In this document: positions 1 through 11,700 of the stretch, piece by piece | How positions within the stretch are numbered: position 1 is the stretch's first letter | Layout: each line of letters begins with the position of its first letter | Assembly (NCBI RefSeq): GCF_000142905.1 | Contig: NW_013657646.1 | Location: forward strand, 124,001 to 188,000 | From: Thecamonas trahens ATCC 50062 | Taxonomy: Eukaryota > Protista > Apusomonadida | DNA length: 64,000 nucleotides | Reading direction: 5' to 3' | Notes under the pieces: generated by a model | The model's input: the letters and a program-made list of their open reading frames with translations, nothing else | Databases searched by the model: none | What the model was told of the DNA's origin: nothing | Position numbers and translations under genes: made by a program

Positions 1-493
1 CGACTTTTGCCAGCCTGAGCACCAACCTCTCTCCACTCATCCCTCTGTCGTTCTCCCGAGAACTGCTAGTCAGAGACACACACGACACATAACACAATGG
101 GTGCGTATGGTGGTTGCCACAGGAAGAGTGAGAGTGGACATCCCCGCATCCTCGCAGTCGATCCGCCCTTCCCCCTCCCTCCCAACACTGGTCTTGCTCC
201 GTCCACGGGACAGACGCCCAGTTGCCCAACCCCGGCGGCTACGCGCTCTGCGATGGCTGTTATCACATACATCAGCCCAAGACGTAGCAATTGTCCTTCA
301 TGTGTACTGCTTTCTCAAAGACTTGCTACACATAGGCAAAGGCGATGACCATAGGGGATGCGATGGCGAGACATATCCATGTGTCGAGTCAGTGTTGCCT
401 CCAAAATGTGTCCACGTGGGCCGGACATGCCACTCACCCATTTCTTTGGCTCGGCACCGTACAGAAAGCGCAAGCCGGAATTCTCCCACTTGG

Positions 494-1069
494 ATGGCCT
501 CGTTGGCCGCAGGCATCCTTCTGCCTGTCATCGGCATCTGCATTTGGGCATGCTTCTCCACCGGGTGGCTCTCGCTCTCGGTCCAGCCCTCCATCGCCGT
601 CTACAACTTTTCGATCGGACTGCGCGAGTTCTGCATCCAGATCTTTTCCGACGGCGGCGAAACGAACTCGTGCACCAAGTACACCTCTGACGACAAGCCG
701 TACTATCACGGCGGCCGTGTGACGCTCGCCCTGTGCATTGTCGGCGCAGTAGGCGCGGGGCTGTCGTTTGTCCCGGGCCTGCTGTTCTCGATGAGATGGG
801 CCGGGCGTGCGGCGCTGGCCGCTGCTGCGGTTGGGGCTGCCATTGCTGCCGCCGGTACCACTGGCGCGTGGGCTGCGTACTACCACCTCGTCATCAACTC
901 GTCCGAGTTGGATGGCGTCGACTCGTCTGATCTGCCTTCCAACTACAGGCCGAAAATCGATTACATGTTTGGCCTGGTGGCGTTTGCCTCTGCCTCCTCG
1001 ACCGTGGCGTTCTTCGCCACGCTCGCTGGCCTCGTCAAGCGCGATAACAGCTACACCTCGATCAATTAG
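494..1069 (+). CDS. Claudin/PMP22/EMP-like four-TM membrane protein
   Basis: From ATG 494, four hydrophobic segments. The first loop has W..GLxxxC..C (TGWLSL...IGLREFC...NSC). The upstream part of ORF 101..1069 looks non-coding. Confidence 0.65.
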   Translation: MASLAAGILLPVIGICIWACFSTGWLSLSVQPSIAVYNFSIGLREFCIQIFSDGGETNSCTKYTSDDKPYYHGGRVTLALCIVGAVGAGLSFVPGLLFSMRWAGRAALAAAAVGAAIAAAGTTGAWAAYYHLVINSSELDGVDSSDLPSNYRPKIDYMFGLVAFASASSTVAFFATLAGLVKRDNSYTSIN

Positions 1070-1104
1070 CTCGCTTTTACCCGTGAGCAAGCATTTGCCA
1101 GTGC

Positions 1105-4100
1105 TTAAATGCCGACCACATCGATGTCCTCATCTTCGTCATCCTCGTCCTCATCGGCAAACTCGATGCTCGTGCTGACCGGAGGCGGCGGCGCCGTCCG
1201 CGCCACGCCCACCTTGAACTTCTTGAGCGGCGGGCCGGTCGAGACCAGCGGCGATCCGAGCGACGGTGGCTGCCCGACTTGGGCGACCTGTAGCAGTGCT
1301 TCTGACTCGCGCGGGCGCTTGCGTGATACGTCTTGGGCGTCCGCGAGGCGCGAGACGGCGGCTGGTGCGGGTGCGGGTGCAGACACCGGCGCCGGAACAG
1401 CGGCGGCAACGGGTGCGGGCGCAGGCGCAGGTGCAGGTGCAGGCGCAGGTGCAGGCGCAGGTGCGGGGACCACAGGCGGCTCGGCAAGTGGCATCGGCAC
1501 TGGATGTGGGGGCGCGAGGTCGAGGCTGAGCGGCATGGCCATTGGCGCGAGTCTGGGCGCCGACGTCGAAACGACGTCGACGACTGAGATCTCCTCGTCT
1601 TCGTCGTCGTCATCGTCGTCGTCAGCGTCGCCGTCATCGTCGTCGCCGCCGCCATCGCTACCACTTCCGACGCGACATCTGTGGTGACTGGGGTGGCTCA
1701 CGCGGGAAACAGCGGTGCCAGCGACAGGAGTCCCAACAGCAAGCGCTGGGCGGAGATGCAGATCTCCAATCTGCCGGCTTGCGCCGTCGTGTGGCGCGAT
1801 GCTAGCAACGGCAATGGGGCGATTAGAGACCGGTGCAAGAGGGCGGGCGGGCGGGGACGGCTGGCGAGGCAGCTCTGGCGAGACTGGTCGCGGAGGCGGT
1901 GGGTCGGCAGCGGCAACTGGAGGCGGCGGATGAAGCGGAGACTTTGGTGCCGGCGGTGGCGGCTCGATCTTGCGGGCAAGCGCGGCCTTGACTGTGGCGG
2001 CCGCCTTTTTGCATAGGTTGTGGAAGCGGGCCTTCATCGACGAGGCTGAGCGCGCGGGCACAAGCTTTCCGGCGAGCTCAGCGGCGATCTCGTTCCAAGG
2101 GATGAGAACGTCGGGCTGGGCAGTGGTGATGGAGCGGGCACGGAGTGCGTCAAGGAGCATGGCGTCGTCAGCCTCGGCCCAGTGCCGGTGGCCGGACGCG
2201 CGCTTGGTCTTGAACCGCGGGTCGACCACAGTGGCGGCGACTCTTGCTGCGGCCGACGTCAGCGTCGGGTCCGCGAGCAGAGTGGCCGAGAGGCCCGAGA
2301 GTGTGGCGAGCGACGTCATGTGCGACGGATGTGCGACGGCTGGCGGCTCGGGCGGTTCTACGCTGTCCTCGTCCGGCGGCGGCCCGGCGCGGGCGGCGGT
2401 CCGAGCCAGAAGTTGCGCGCCGCGGTCGGGGGCAAGGACCCGGGCGTACAGGCCGGCGAGGGCATCAAAGTCGGTTCTCGCCGCGGCGCGGATCTCGGGC
2501 TCGCTCATGCGGAGGACAACCGGCTTGCCCGTCGACGGGCGGAGTTGCGGGACGTACGGCGGGTCAAGCGAGGCGAGCAACGCCTCAATCCGCCGAGTCC
2601 ACAGCTGAAAGGTGACGGCCTTGTCGGGAAGGAACGGCAATGAGCCCTTTTGGACGGTCTTGAGCGCGTCGGTGACGCAGTCGCGGGCAGCACGGCCGGA
2701 GCGAAAGGCATCGAGCCCGCCGACAGCCAGGAGCGGAAAGACATGGCGGGCAGTGTCGACCGCCGCCGCAGCTTTGGCCGACTCGTCGCTCGACGAGAGC
2801 TTGGCCGACGAGGCTGGTAGCCGCTTAGAAATTAGTGCGAGCGGGCGGACGTAACGGTAGTACCACTGGAGCATGATGAGGACGTGAAGCGGGGCGACGC
2901 AGAGCGAAGGCGACGGCGTGGTGCCGATGACAATGGTGCCGACGCCGTCAGGTGCCGCCCGCGCAGACGCGACCGCAGCGTCGACGTCGTCGATGGTCAG
3001 CTTGTTGACAAGGAGCGTGATGGGCGTCGCCACGCGCCCATGGACGGTGAGCGCGAGGAGGACGACGCCGGTGCAGTAGCGAAAGGCGTAGCGAGTCTTG
3101 GTGTAGACCTTGGGAAGAACAGCGAGGTCGGCGACGCCGATGTGTGGGAGGTCAGCACCAAGAGTGTCGAGGCGATCCGCGAGCTCGACGACCATGGCTT
3201 CGTAGATGGGCACGAGCCGGGTGAGGAGGGCGAGCACGTAGAGGACTTGCTCCTCGGCCTCGAGCATGTCTCCCGCTGACAGCGCGTCGACAGTCGACGC
3301 CGAGGCCTTGCCGCGCGAGCTGGAGCGCTTCTTCTTCCGTCCTGTTTTGCGGCTCTTGGACGCCGAGGCCTTGCGCTTAACCGGCAGCGTCGGCGTGGCC
3401 GGTGAGCTCGAGCGCTTGCGCTTGCCGCTCGGTAGCTGTGCCGGCCGCGGCAGCGGCTGAACCGGGACCGGGACTGGGACCGGTGGAGTGAGGTTGCCGG
3501 GCTGCGGCGGGAGTAGGCTGCCGGGCTGCGGCGGGGGCATGGTGGCGGAACGCAGCGGCTTGGACTCGGCATCGGTGCTAGCAGTGGTCGGAGAGGCCTG
3601 GCGGCGGCGGCGGCGGGCCGACTTGCGGGCCGAGTTTGTGGCGCGAGCGTAGTAGGCGCCGCGGAGATTGGCGAGATGGGTACCGAGCTCGGCCAGCGAG
3701 CCGGCGACGCGCGGGGTGGTCACCGCGTTCCGCTCACACGACGCCAGCTCGATGGAGCCCCAAGCCTTGGCTGCCGGCGAGTCGAGCGCCGAGGCCAGAA
3801 AGGCGTGCAGCTTGCAGAGACACATCCACAGGCCATACTCTTCCGAGCCCGAGAGACCGCGCGAGGCCGCGATGTTGTCGACATACGCCTTGAGCGCGTC
3901 ATCGGCGGCAAAGAGCGCAAGGAGACCGGCAGTCCCGTTGGGATCCCACTCTGGCGGGCCGCGGACAACCAGCAGCGGGAGGCCATCGCCCGCGGCGCCC
4001 GACTCGACCACGCCCAGCACGCCGGCATGCAGCCGCCTCAACCATCTCCAAAAAGTCCTCGCGGTAGCCGTTGACGACAAGCCCATGTCCTTTGCATGCG

Positions 4101-4509
4101 CCTCGACGTATGCCGCCAGAGCCGGAGCCAGAGTCTTGACCTTGTTGGCAGGCAGGGCTGACTTGCGCAGCATCTGCTTGCCCGTCGCCGACGACTTGAC
4201 CGAGCCGGCGGGTCGAGGAGTGGCAGCAGAGCCCAAAGCCGAGGCAGGGGCAGGGACTGGGGTGGGCACCGGCGCAGGTTTTGGGGCGGGGGCGGGGACA
4301 GGTACGGGTGTAGGTGCTGCTGCTGCTGTTGCAGTGGTGGTGGTGGTGATGGTGGTTGTTGTTGTTGTTGTGGTGGTGGTGGTGGCGGTGTTGGCGGTGG
4401 TGTCGGTCGTCCCTCCTCCTCCTCCTCCTCCGGCTGCTGTCACTATGGGCGAGGGTATGGGAATGAGGGCCGGTGGCGGTGGCGGTGTTGGGGCCTGTGG
4501 TCCGGACAT
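1105..4509 (-). CDS. Large protein with tyrosine-recombinase-like region and Myb/SANT domain, Pro/Ala-rich termini
   Basis: 1134-aa ORF. Myb-like HWAEADDAMLL..IPWNEIA..RSASSMKARFHNL at ~2015-2195. Recombinase-like motifs at ~2450-4125 (see findings). Basic NLS-like tracts KRKR and RKKKR. Confidence 0.7.
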   Translation of the reverse strand: MSGPQAPTPPPPPALIPIPSPIVTAAGGGGGGGTTDTTANTATTTTTTTTTTTITTTTTATAAAAPTPVPVPAPAPKPAPVPTPVPAPASALGSAATPRPAGSVKSSATGKQMLRKSALPANKVKTLAPALAAYVEAHAKDMGLSSTATARTFWRWLRRLHAGVLGVVESGAAGDGLPLLVVRGPPEWDPNGTAGLLALFAADDALKAYVDNIAASRGLSGSEEYGLWMCLCKLHAFLASALDSPAAKAWGSIELASCERNAVTTPRVAGSLAELGTHLANLRGAYYARATNSARKSARRRRRQASPTTASTDAESKPLRSATMPPPQPGSLLPPQPGNLTPPVPVPVPVQPLPRPAQLPSGKRKRSSSPATPTLPVKRKASASKSRKTGRKKKRSSSRGKASASTVDALSAGDMLEAEEQVLYVLALLTRLVPIYEAMVVELADRLDTLGADLPHIGVADLAVLPKVYTKTRYAFRYCTGVVLLALTVHGRVATPITLLVNKLTIDDVDAAVASARAAPDGVGTIVIGTTPSPSLCVAPLHVLIMLQWYYRYVRPLALISKRLPASSAKLSSSDESAKAAAAVDTARHVFPLLAVGGLDAFRSGRAARDCVTDALKTVQKGSLPFLPDKAVTFQLWTRRIEALLASLDPPYVPQLRPSTGKPVVLRMSEPEIRAAARTDFDALAGLYARVLAPDRGAQLLARTAARAGPPPDEDSVEPPEPPAVAHPSHMTSLATLSGLSATLLADPTLTSAAARVAATVVDPRFKTKRASGHRHWAEADDAMLLDALRARSITTAQPDVLIPWNEIAAELAGKLVPARSASSMKARFHNLCKKAAATVKAALARKIEPPPPAPKSPLHPPPPVAAADPPPPRPVSPELPRQPSPPARPLAPVSNRPIAVASIAPHDGASRQIGDLHLRPALAVGTPVAGTAVSRVSHPSHHRCRVGSGSDGGGDDDDGDADDDDDDDEDEEISVVDVVSTSAPRLAPMAMPLSLDLAPPHPVPMPLAEPPVVPAPAPAPAPAPAPAPAPAPVAAAVPAPVSAPAPAPAAVSRLADAQDVSRKRPRESEALLQVAQVGQPPSLGSPLVSTGPPLKKFKVGVARTAPPPPVSTSIEFADEDEDDEDEDIDVVGI

Positions 4510-4726
4510 TCCCTCCCTTCCCCACCGTACTCTCTCTCTCTCTCTCTCTCTCTATCCCTCGCAGGTGGTGACTTGTTGTGGGGTGGCCTCCACGTCGAGT
4601 GTTGCCTCACTTGCTTGCGACTGCTGCCAGTCGCTAGCACTCGCGACTGACGGAGCAAAGCCAAGTGGCTGACGGTGTCGAGACAGTCGGCTCCGGAGGA
4701 GTAGGAACACACCCACCCACCCATTG

Positions 4727-4785
4727 ATGACGATCTACGACGACGACAATGACGATCTACGACGATCTACGACGATCTACGACGG
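4727..4785. repeat. Short tandem repeat (GACGATCTAC)n in divergent intergenic region
   Basis: Several imperfect copies of gacgatctac followed by (GGC)n. Confidence 0.7.
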
Positions 4786-5525
4786 CGGCGGCGGCGGCGG
4801 CGGCGGCCATCGGTGGTGACCATCTCGCCCATCCCCAACATCCTACTCCGCCTCACATACCCCACTGCATACTCCGATTTATCATCATCACATCACATCA
4901 ACCCCAATCGCTGTCCCACTTGCCTATCCCAATCCCAACCGGCAGCCCCATCTGCCGACCGCTGACCACCGGCCGCTGGCGGATGTAGCCGCTAGCCAGC
5001 CACGGCAGCCACAACAACAGCGATACCGACACCAACACACTCGCTTGCCGGCCGAGCGGTCGCTCCGCTGGCTCGATGACCTGACCCTCTTTGCCATCAC
5101 ATCGTGCTGTCACTCGCATGGACATGAGCTGCCCCCCGCGCGCTCGCATACACCCGACATCAAGGTAAGAATCAAGCACCCAAGGTGTGCCCGTCGTCGT
5201 CGTCGTCGCCCACCTGCTAGGATCTGGAGATGATAAGTCGAGACCACATCCCCATACCCCCCACCGTCATTGCCCTTCCATGCCGCGCATACCCCCCCCC
5301 CCCCCCCCACCCCACCCCCCCACCCCCGCCCGAACCAGGCCGTCGCACCGCTATTGACTCCAGCCCAATGATCACCCCCCTCACCCGGAGTCACACGGCC
5401 AATCAAGGAACACAGCGGTACGTCACACGCGCCACCCTTTCCCCAAACGGGGGGGGGGTTGCCACACACGGCCCGAGCCTCTGTCTCCACCGCAGCCGTA
5501 GGCACACCTCACTCTCGATAACAGC

Positions 5526-6515
5526 ATGGGCATCCGTCATCGTGTTGTGGTGCTTGCTGCTGTGGTGGGCTTTGTCTTTGCGTGCGGGAGCTGTGTGGAC
5601 GGGTCCATGGACAAGGTGGCACCGGGCCTGTGGGTGGGCAACCAGCACTCGGCAGGCGATACGCAGCAACTCCGTGCGAATAGCATCACTGCTGTGCTCA
5701 ATGTGGCCTGGGATCTGGACATCCGGTATCGGCTGGAGGACTATACGGGCAATGTGGATGACGACGACGAGCACCTCAACCAGATTCAGTACGAGAAGGT
5801 CGGCCTCGTCGACGGCCCGGGCAACCCGCCACAGGCCATGGCTGCCGCCATCCTCGCCCTCCACACCTACATGCAGCCGCGGGTCGGCCTCAAGTCGGAT
5901 GATGCTGCAAAGTATCCCCAGCCCGTCCAGAACGTGCTCGTCCACTGCCACTCGGGCCAGTCGCGCTCCGTCACTGTCGCCGCTCTCTACCTGACCCTCA
6001 CCGGGGCGTACTCTGCGTACGACACCGCCCTCGCCGTCGTCAAGTCCAAGCGCCACCTCTCATCCAACCACAATGTGCCGGCCAAGGAGCTGACTGCAAT
6101 GGCTCGCTCGCTCGCCGCGCTTCCTCTTGCTCTCGACTTTGATCTCCCGTCAGCAACAACCGGTGGTTCGGGCTCTGGCTCTGGCTCGGGCACCACCACC
6201 TCCGGCTCGGGCACCACCACCTCCGGCTCGGGCTCGGGTTCGACCTCTGCGTCGGGCTCGGGCTCGTCGACGGGTGGCGCGACCCAGCCTGTTGGCGGTA
6301 GCAAGTCGAAGAACACGAGCTCGGGCGCCGTTGTCGGCGCCTCGATCGCTGTTGCGCTGGTCGTGACTCTCGTCGCGGTACTGGTCATTGTGCGCCGCGC
6401 GCCGGACTCGCCGTTTGCGCAGGGCGTGAGCTCACTCTGCAGCAAGCTCCGCTGCTGCTCCTCAGGCCCGACGTCGGCGTACTCGATGTCGACGCCACCC
6501 GAGTATGACTTTTAA
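5526..6515 (+). CDS. Dual-specificity phosphatase domain, type-I membrane protein
   Basis: N-terminal signal peptide (VVVLAAVVGFVFACG). DSP motifs GLWVGN, VLNVA, GLVDG and HCHSGQSRS (CX5R). Ser/Gly/Thr stalk, then TM VVGASIAVALVVTLVAVLVIV followed by RR. Confidence 0.85.
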   Translation: MGIRHRVVVLAAVVGFVFACGSCVDGSMDKVAPGLWVGNQHSAGDTQQLRANSITAVLNVAWDLDIRYRLEDYTGNVDDDDEHLNQIQYEKVGLVDGPGNPPQAMAAAILALHTYMQPRVGLKSDDAAKYPQPVQNVLVHCHSGQSRSVTVAALYLTLTGAYSAYDTALAVVKSKRHLSSNHNVPAKELTAMARSLAALPLALDFDLPSATTGGSGSGSGSGTTTSGSGTTTSGSGSGSTSASGSGSSTGGATQPVGGSKSKNTSSGAVVGASIAVALVVTLVAVLVIVRRAPDSPFAQGVSSLCSKLRCCSSGPTSAYSMSTPPEYDF

Positions 6516-6545
6516 CCCGTTAAACATGTTGAACGCAATGCCTTG

Positions 6546-8034
6546 TCACACGTCCAGCTCGCGCCGCTGGACCCGGCACTCCCTGATCTCTTCTTTCAGC
6601 TGGCTCCGAGTCGCCTTGAGCGTGACAAGCAGCTCGACGGCATCGTGAGCCTTGGAACGAAGCGCGCCGAGCGCCTCGGGCGACGTCCGAAGCAACTCTG
6701 CCTGCTCGGCACCGGCGCGAGCTGCCTGGTTGACGGCCTGATCCTGCTCAAACGAGAGCTTCTTCTCGAGCTCGGCAAGCGCCACCCGGGTCTTGGCCTC
6801 GAGGCGGGTTGCCAGCGACTTCAGCTCACGATTGAGGAGCACTATCTTGCGCTGCATGTCAGCTTCTTCCTTGTCCATGGCATCGGCCTTGGCCTGCATG
6901 GCCACCAGCGTGGCCTTGGTCTTCTCGACCTTGGCCTTGGCTTTGGCGGTTAGCCGCTGCTCGCGAACGAGCAGATCGTTCATGCGGACAGTGTCACGGG
7001 CGACGGCCTCGATCTCGAGCAACGCACGGGTCTCGCTCTTACGGGCCTCGACGAGTTCGCGCTGCCCATCCGAGTACACTAACAGGCCACCGGACTGCGA
7101 ACCGCGGCGCTTCCTGCGGCCTGGCTTGCTTCTGCTTGCGTTCATGCCCTGCGCGCTTTGCGCGCGGCGGCGGCGGCCAAGCCCCTCGGTGCGCCGCTTC
7201 TGTGTGCTTCGGCTCCGGTGCGGCGTCGAGGCATCGCCGCCGAGCGCAAGCTGGGCGGCGTTGAGCTCGCTGTCGGCGTCGGATGCGCTGGCGTCGGCAC
7301 TGCTGGCAGGGCCCGGGGTGGCTGCGGCAGTGTCGGGCGGCGGGGCGCCACTGCCTCCGCGCTGCGCGTACGGCGACGGCGGCGAGCGCAATTCGATGGC
7401 GCGCAGAACGTCCGAGGCACCGGTCGAGCCCGACATCGGAGTAGCCGGCGAGCGGCCGGCAGCCGGCTCGGCCTTGGCATTCAGCTTGGCGGCGAGCTTC
7501 TTGCGGAGCGCAAGCTCTTCCTTGAGCATGGCCGAGACGTCGAGCGCGTTGTCGAGCGAACGGGCCGAGTGCGCCACCCGCGCCTTGGCGCTGCGAATGT
7601 CGTCGTCTTTGGATTTGGCGGCGGCCTCAAGCTGCCGAGCCTTTTTGAAGGCGAGCCGGGCGGCGACGAGCTCGCCGTCGGCGTCAGCGAGGGCGCGGAC
7701 GGCCGATGCAGCGGCAGCCTCGGCCTCGACTACAAACGCCGGCGTCGTCATCCGAGCCGGCGGGAGGCCATGGCGCTCGATGGCGCGGCGCTTGCGCTTG
7801 GATACGTTAGCTGAGTGGCGGATGGCGTCGACGGTCAGATCCTCGCCGTCGAGCGCATCATCGGCATCCCCGACTGCAACCTCGGCTTCTTGCATGGCAA
7901 TGAGCTTGTAGATGGTCTCCCGCTGCGAGGCCCGCATGGTCTCAAACTCCTGCATCCGCAGCTCGCGCTCCCGTTTGGCAAGCGCCTCCCGTTGGGCCAT
8001 CTCCTCCTTCAGCTGCTCCTCCTCCCTCTCCTGA
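6546..8034 (-). CDS. Coiled-coil protein of unknown function, 5' end in assembly gap
   Basis: Long E/K/R/A/L heptad-rich ORF running into the N gap. Confidence 0.7.
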
Positions 8035-8243
8035 NNNNNNNNNNNNNNNNNNNNNNNNNNNNNNNNNNNNNNNNNNNNNNNNNNNNNNNNNNNNNNNNNN
8101 NNNNNNNNNNNNNNNNNNNNNNNNNNNNNNNNNNNNNNNNNNNNNNNNNNNNNNNNNNNNNNNNNNNNNNNNNNNNNNNNNNNNNNNNNNNNNNNNNNNN
8201 NNNNNNNNNNNNNNNNNNNNNNNNNNNNNNNNNNNNNNNNNNN
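8035..8243. other. Assembly gap (N run)
   Basis: Run of n. Confidence 0.99.
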
Positions 8244-8779
8244 GGGGGGGGGAGGGGGTGGAGGGGAGGGAGAAGAGGTGGCGAGTGGCTGCAACGTCCT
8301 CTTCCTGTTGGCCGGCCGGTGAACGAACAGCCACAACGACCAACGATTGACCACCATCATCATTAAAGCCCAACATTGAATTCCAGCATTTGGCCACAAG
8401 ACCACCCACAACAAGCAGTGCAGACATGCCCATGGCATCCAGCCAAGCTCAACATCTCCATCCATACATCCATCCCTCCAATCCATCCAACCATCCAATC
8501 CATCCAATCCATCCTTACATCCATCGTCATCAACCCCCCCCCCCCCCCCCCACTCAACCCGCCCCCCTCTCTCCTTCCCCCCTCACCGTCAATTGTTCGA
8601 CCATCAATAACAGCTGTGGCAGTTGCCCGCCACCCGCACTTCCCCAAGGCGCATGAAAAACACGGACAACCGCCAGCGCACCTCCGCTCCTGCCCTTTGG
8701 CCACTGTCACACACCCTTGCCCTCACCACCACCTCCTCCCTCTTGTTCTTCTTCTGTCATTGTGGGTGGGTGTGCACAG

Positions 8780-11700
8780 GGCGCGCGTGTCTGGGTCCGC
8801 ATGCCCAACGACCCCAACTACCCGGAAAAGGCAGGGACGGTAATGGCGTCGGACGATAGCCATACTGACGTCAAGATCGAGCCGGGGTGGGAGAACACTC
8901 CGGCCAAGATCTCGGTCAAGCCTGGCTCGTCTGACTACGAGCTGCTTCCGATGTCTCTGCCGCCCGAGGGAGTGGAAGACATGCTGACGCTGACGGATTT
9001 GTACGTCGGTGCTCTGCTGCACAACCTCAAGATCCGCTACAACAAGGACCTCATCTACACGTACATTGGCCAGATTCTGGTGGCGGTCAACCCGTTCCGC
9101 GCAGTCAAGGACGCCGAGGGTCTCTCTATCATTGGCGATGAGTACAAGGAGCGGTACCAGGACTGCGAGTTTACCAAGCTCGCGCCGCACACCTTTGCCA
9201 TCTCGGACGAGTGCTACAAGATCATGATGGCGGAGCAGGCGAACATGTCGGTGGTCATTTCGGGTGAGTCGGGCGCCGGCAAGTCCGAGTCGACCAAGCA
9301 CGTGCTCCAGTACCTCGCCCACCGGTCGTCGGTCCAGGCCGGTGGCGAGGTCTCTTCCATCGAGTCGCAGATTGTTATGACCTCGCTCGTGCTTGAGGCC
9401 TTTGGCAACGCGTGCACAACGCGGAACAACAACTCGTCGCGGTTCGGCAAGTTTGTGCAGGTCCAGTTTGTCGACGGCATCATCAAGGGAGCCATGATTG
9501 AGCAGTACCTGCTCGAAAAGTCGCGCATTGTCATGCAGAACAAGGACGAGCGAAACTACCACATCTTCTACGACATCTTCTTCTACGACGCCGACGTTGT
9601 CAAGAATGAGTGGCACCTGACCAAGTCGACCGATTACAAGTACCTCAACGGCGGGAAGCGGCCGATTGCGCCAGGCATCGACGACGAGGAGGACTTTACC
9701 ACCATCGTCGTGCCGTACATGCGCGAGCTCGGCATCGACGACGCCCAGCAAAAGGAGATGTACACCGTTCTCGCCGCCATCCTCCACATTGGCGAGATCG
9801 AGATGAAGGAGATCCTCGGCGATGACGGCGAGCCGGCGTCCGAGGTCAAGGACTCGGGCTCGCTCGACACCGTCGCCCACCTCCTGCAGGTCGACAAGGA
9901 CGCGCTGGCCTTTGCCATGTGCCACCGCGAGATCACTGTCGGCGACCAGGTCATTACCAAGCAGCTCTCGCCAGAGCAGGCGCTCGACAACCGCGACGCC
10001 TTTGCCAAGGGCATCTACCAGTCGCTCTTCGAGGACCTCGTTCACCGCATCAACAACACCGTCGCCTACGAGCAGTCCGAGGACGCCTGGATCGGCGTCC
10101 TGGACATCTTTGGCTTTGAGCACTTTCACCTCACTCGGCCCAAGAACGGCGAGCTGTACCCCAACAACTCGTTTGAGCAGTTCTGCATCAACTTTGCCAA
10201 CGAGATGCTGCAGAACTTTTTCAACGAGGCCATCTTCAAGCAGGAGAAGGCCCTCTACGACGCCGAGGGCATCCCAGTCGACAACATCGAGTTTGACAAC
10301 AACGATCCGTGCATCGACCTCATTCTCGAGCAAATGGGCATTCTCGACGAGTTCTCCACCGGCCCGCGCAAGCGGACCAACCAGGAGCTCCTCGAGCGGT
10401 TCTCCGCCAAGTTTGGCGGCCCACGCCCGGTACCGCCAAGGACGGCCAAGGCATTCTCTCCCACCCGGAGCGCCGCCTCAAGAAGACGCAGTTTTACGGC
10501 AAGCTGCGCCCCAACAAGTTCCGCACAGACTCGACCGACTTTGTCATTGCACACTACGCCGGCGACGTCCAGTACTCGGTCTGCCGGGACAACCTCAACG
10601 ACCCGAGCGTCGATCCCGAGACCGCCGGCTTCCTCGAGAAAAACAAGGACAAGATGGTTGACCTCTTTGTCACCCTCGTCCAGAACTCGGGCCTCGGCTA
10701 CCTCTCGTCGCTCTTCGCCCAGCACAAGGCGACCAAGACCGTGGCCTTTATCTTCCGCACCTCACTCAAGTCGCTCATCACCAAGCTCCGCTCCACTATT
10801 CCGTTCTTCATCCGCTGCGTCAAGCCGAACCCCGACAAGAAGGCCCGTCGGTTTGTCAACGACATGGTCCTGGCCCAGCTCCGTGCGGCAGGCATGCTCG
10901 AGACCATCAACATCCGTAACGCTGGCTACCCGCAGCGTATGACGCCCGACAAGTTCATGAAGCGGTACAAGCTCATTGTCCAGCTGCTGGAAGACATCTC
11001 GGATGCCACCCCGCCCGAGGAGGCCACTGCCGCTATCCTCGACTGGGTCCACGCCAAGTACGCCGACGACTTTGGCCCCACGCCGTGGCACATGGGCACG
11101 ACCATGGTGTTCATGAAGGAGCGCCTGCTTCGCTGCCTCGAGGCTGAGCGCGCCGACGCCAAGGCCAAGATCGACGCCATCAAAAAGGTCGGCCTCGAGC
11201 ATCTGCAGGCACTCCACCGCATGTGGCTCGCCCGGCGCAAGCTCCCGCGCCTGGTCGAAGAGTACAAACGCAACGAGAAGCGCATCGAGCGCATCCGCGA
11301 GCTCGTTGCCCAGGGTCACTCTCTCGAAGAGGCCAAGAAGATCCTCGCCGCCGAGGAGGAGGCCGAGCGCAAGGCCCGCGAGGACGCCGAGCGCGAAGCC
11401 GTCCTCGAGCCCATCGCCGCCGTCGCCAACCCCGCGCTCCGTGACGTCGACGAGCTGCTAGAGACGCTCAAGCGTGTCGCCCAGGGCTCGCACGACCCCG
11501 CGCAGGTCAAAGACGTCAAGGCTCGTGTCGCCGCCCTCGCAAAGTCGGCCAAGCTCGCCGCAGAGGGCATTGCCAAGCTCTCTGCGGGCACGGTCTTCCG
11601 TGATGAGGGCACCGTCACCCGCGTCACCAAGCTCGTGTCCAACCTCGAGGACCTCGTCCAGGTCGAGCGCAAGGCCGCTCCGGCGTCCGAGGAGGAGATG

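Noticed and set aside
10415-10430. Programmed frameshift or pseudogenisation in the first myosin (likewise at 20628-30 and 58865-68)
   Set aside because: Each break is repaired by adding one base to a short homopolymer (CCC, TTT, CCCC). There is no slippery heptamer and both sides remain intact, which fits sequencing error. Raw reads would settle it.
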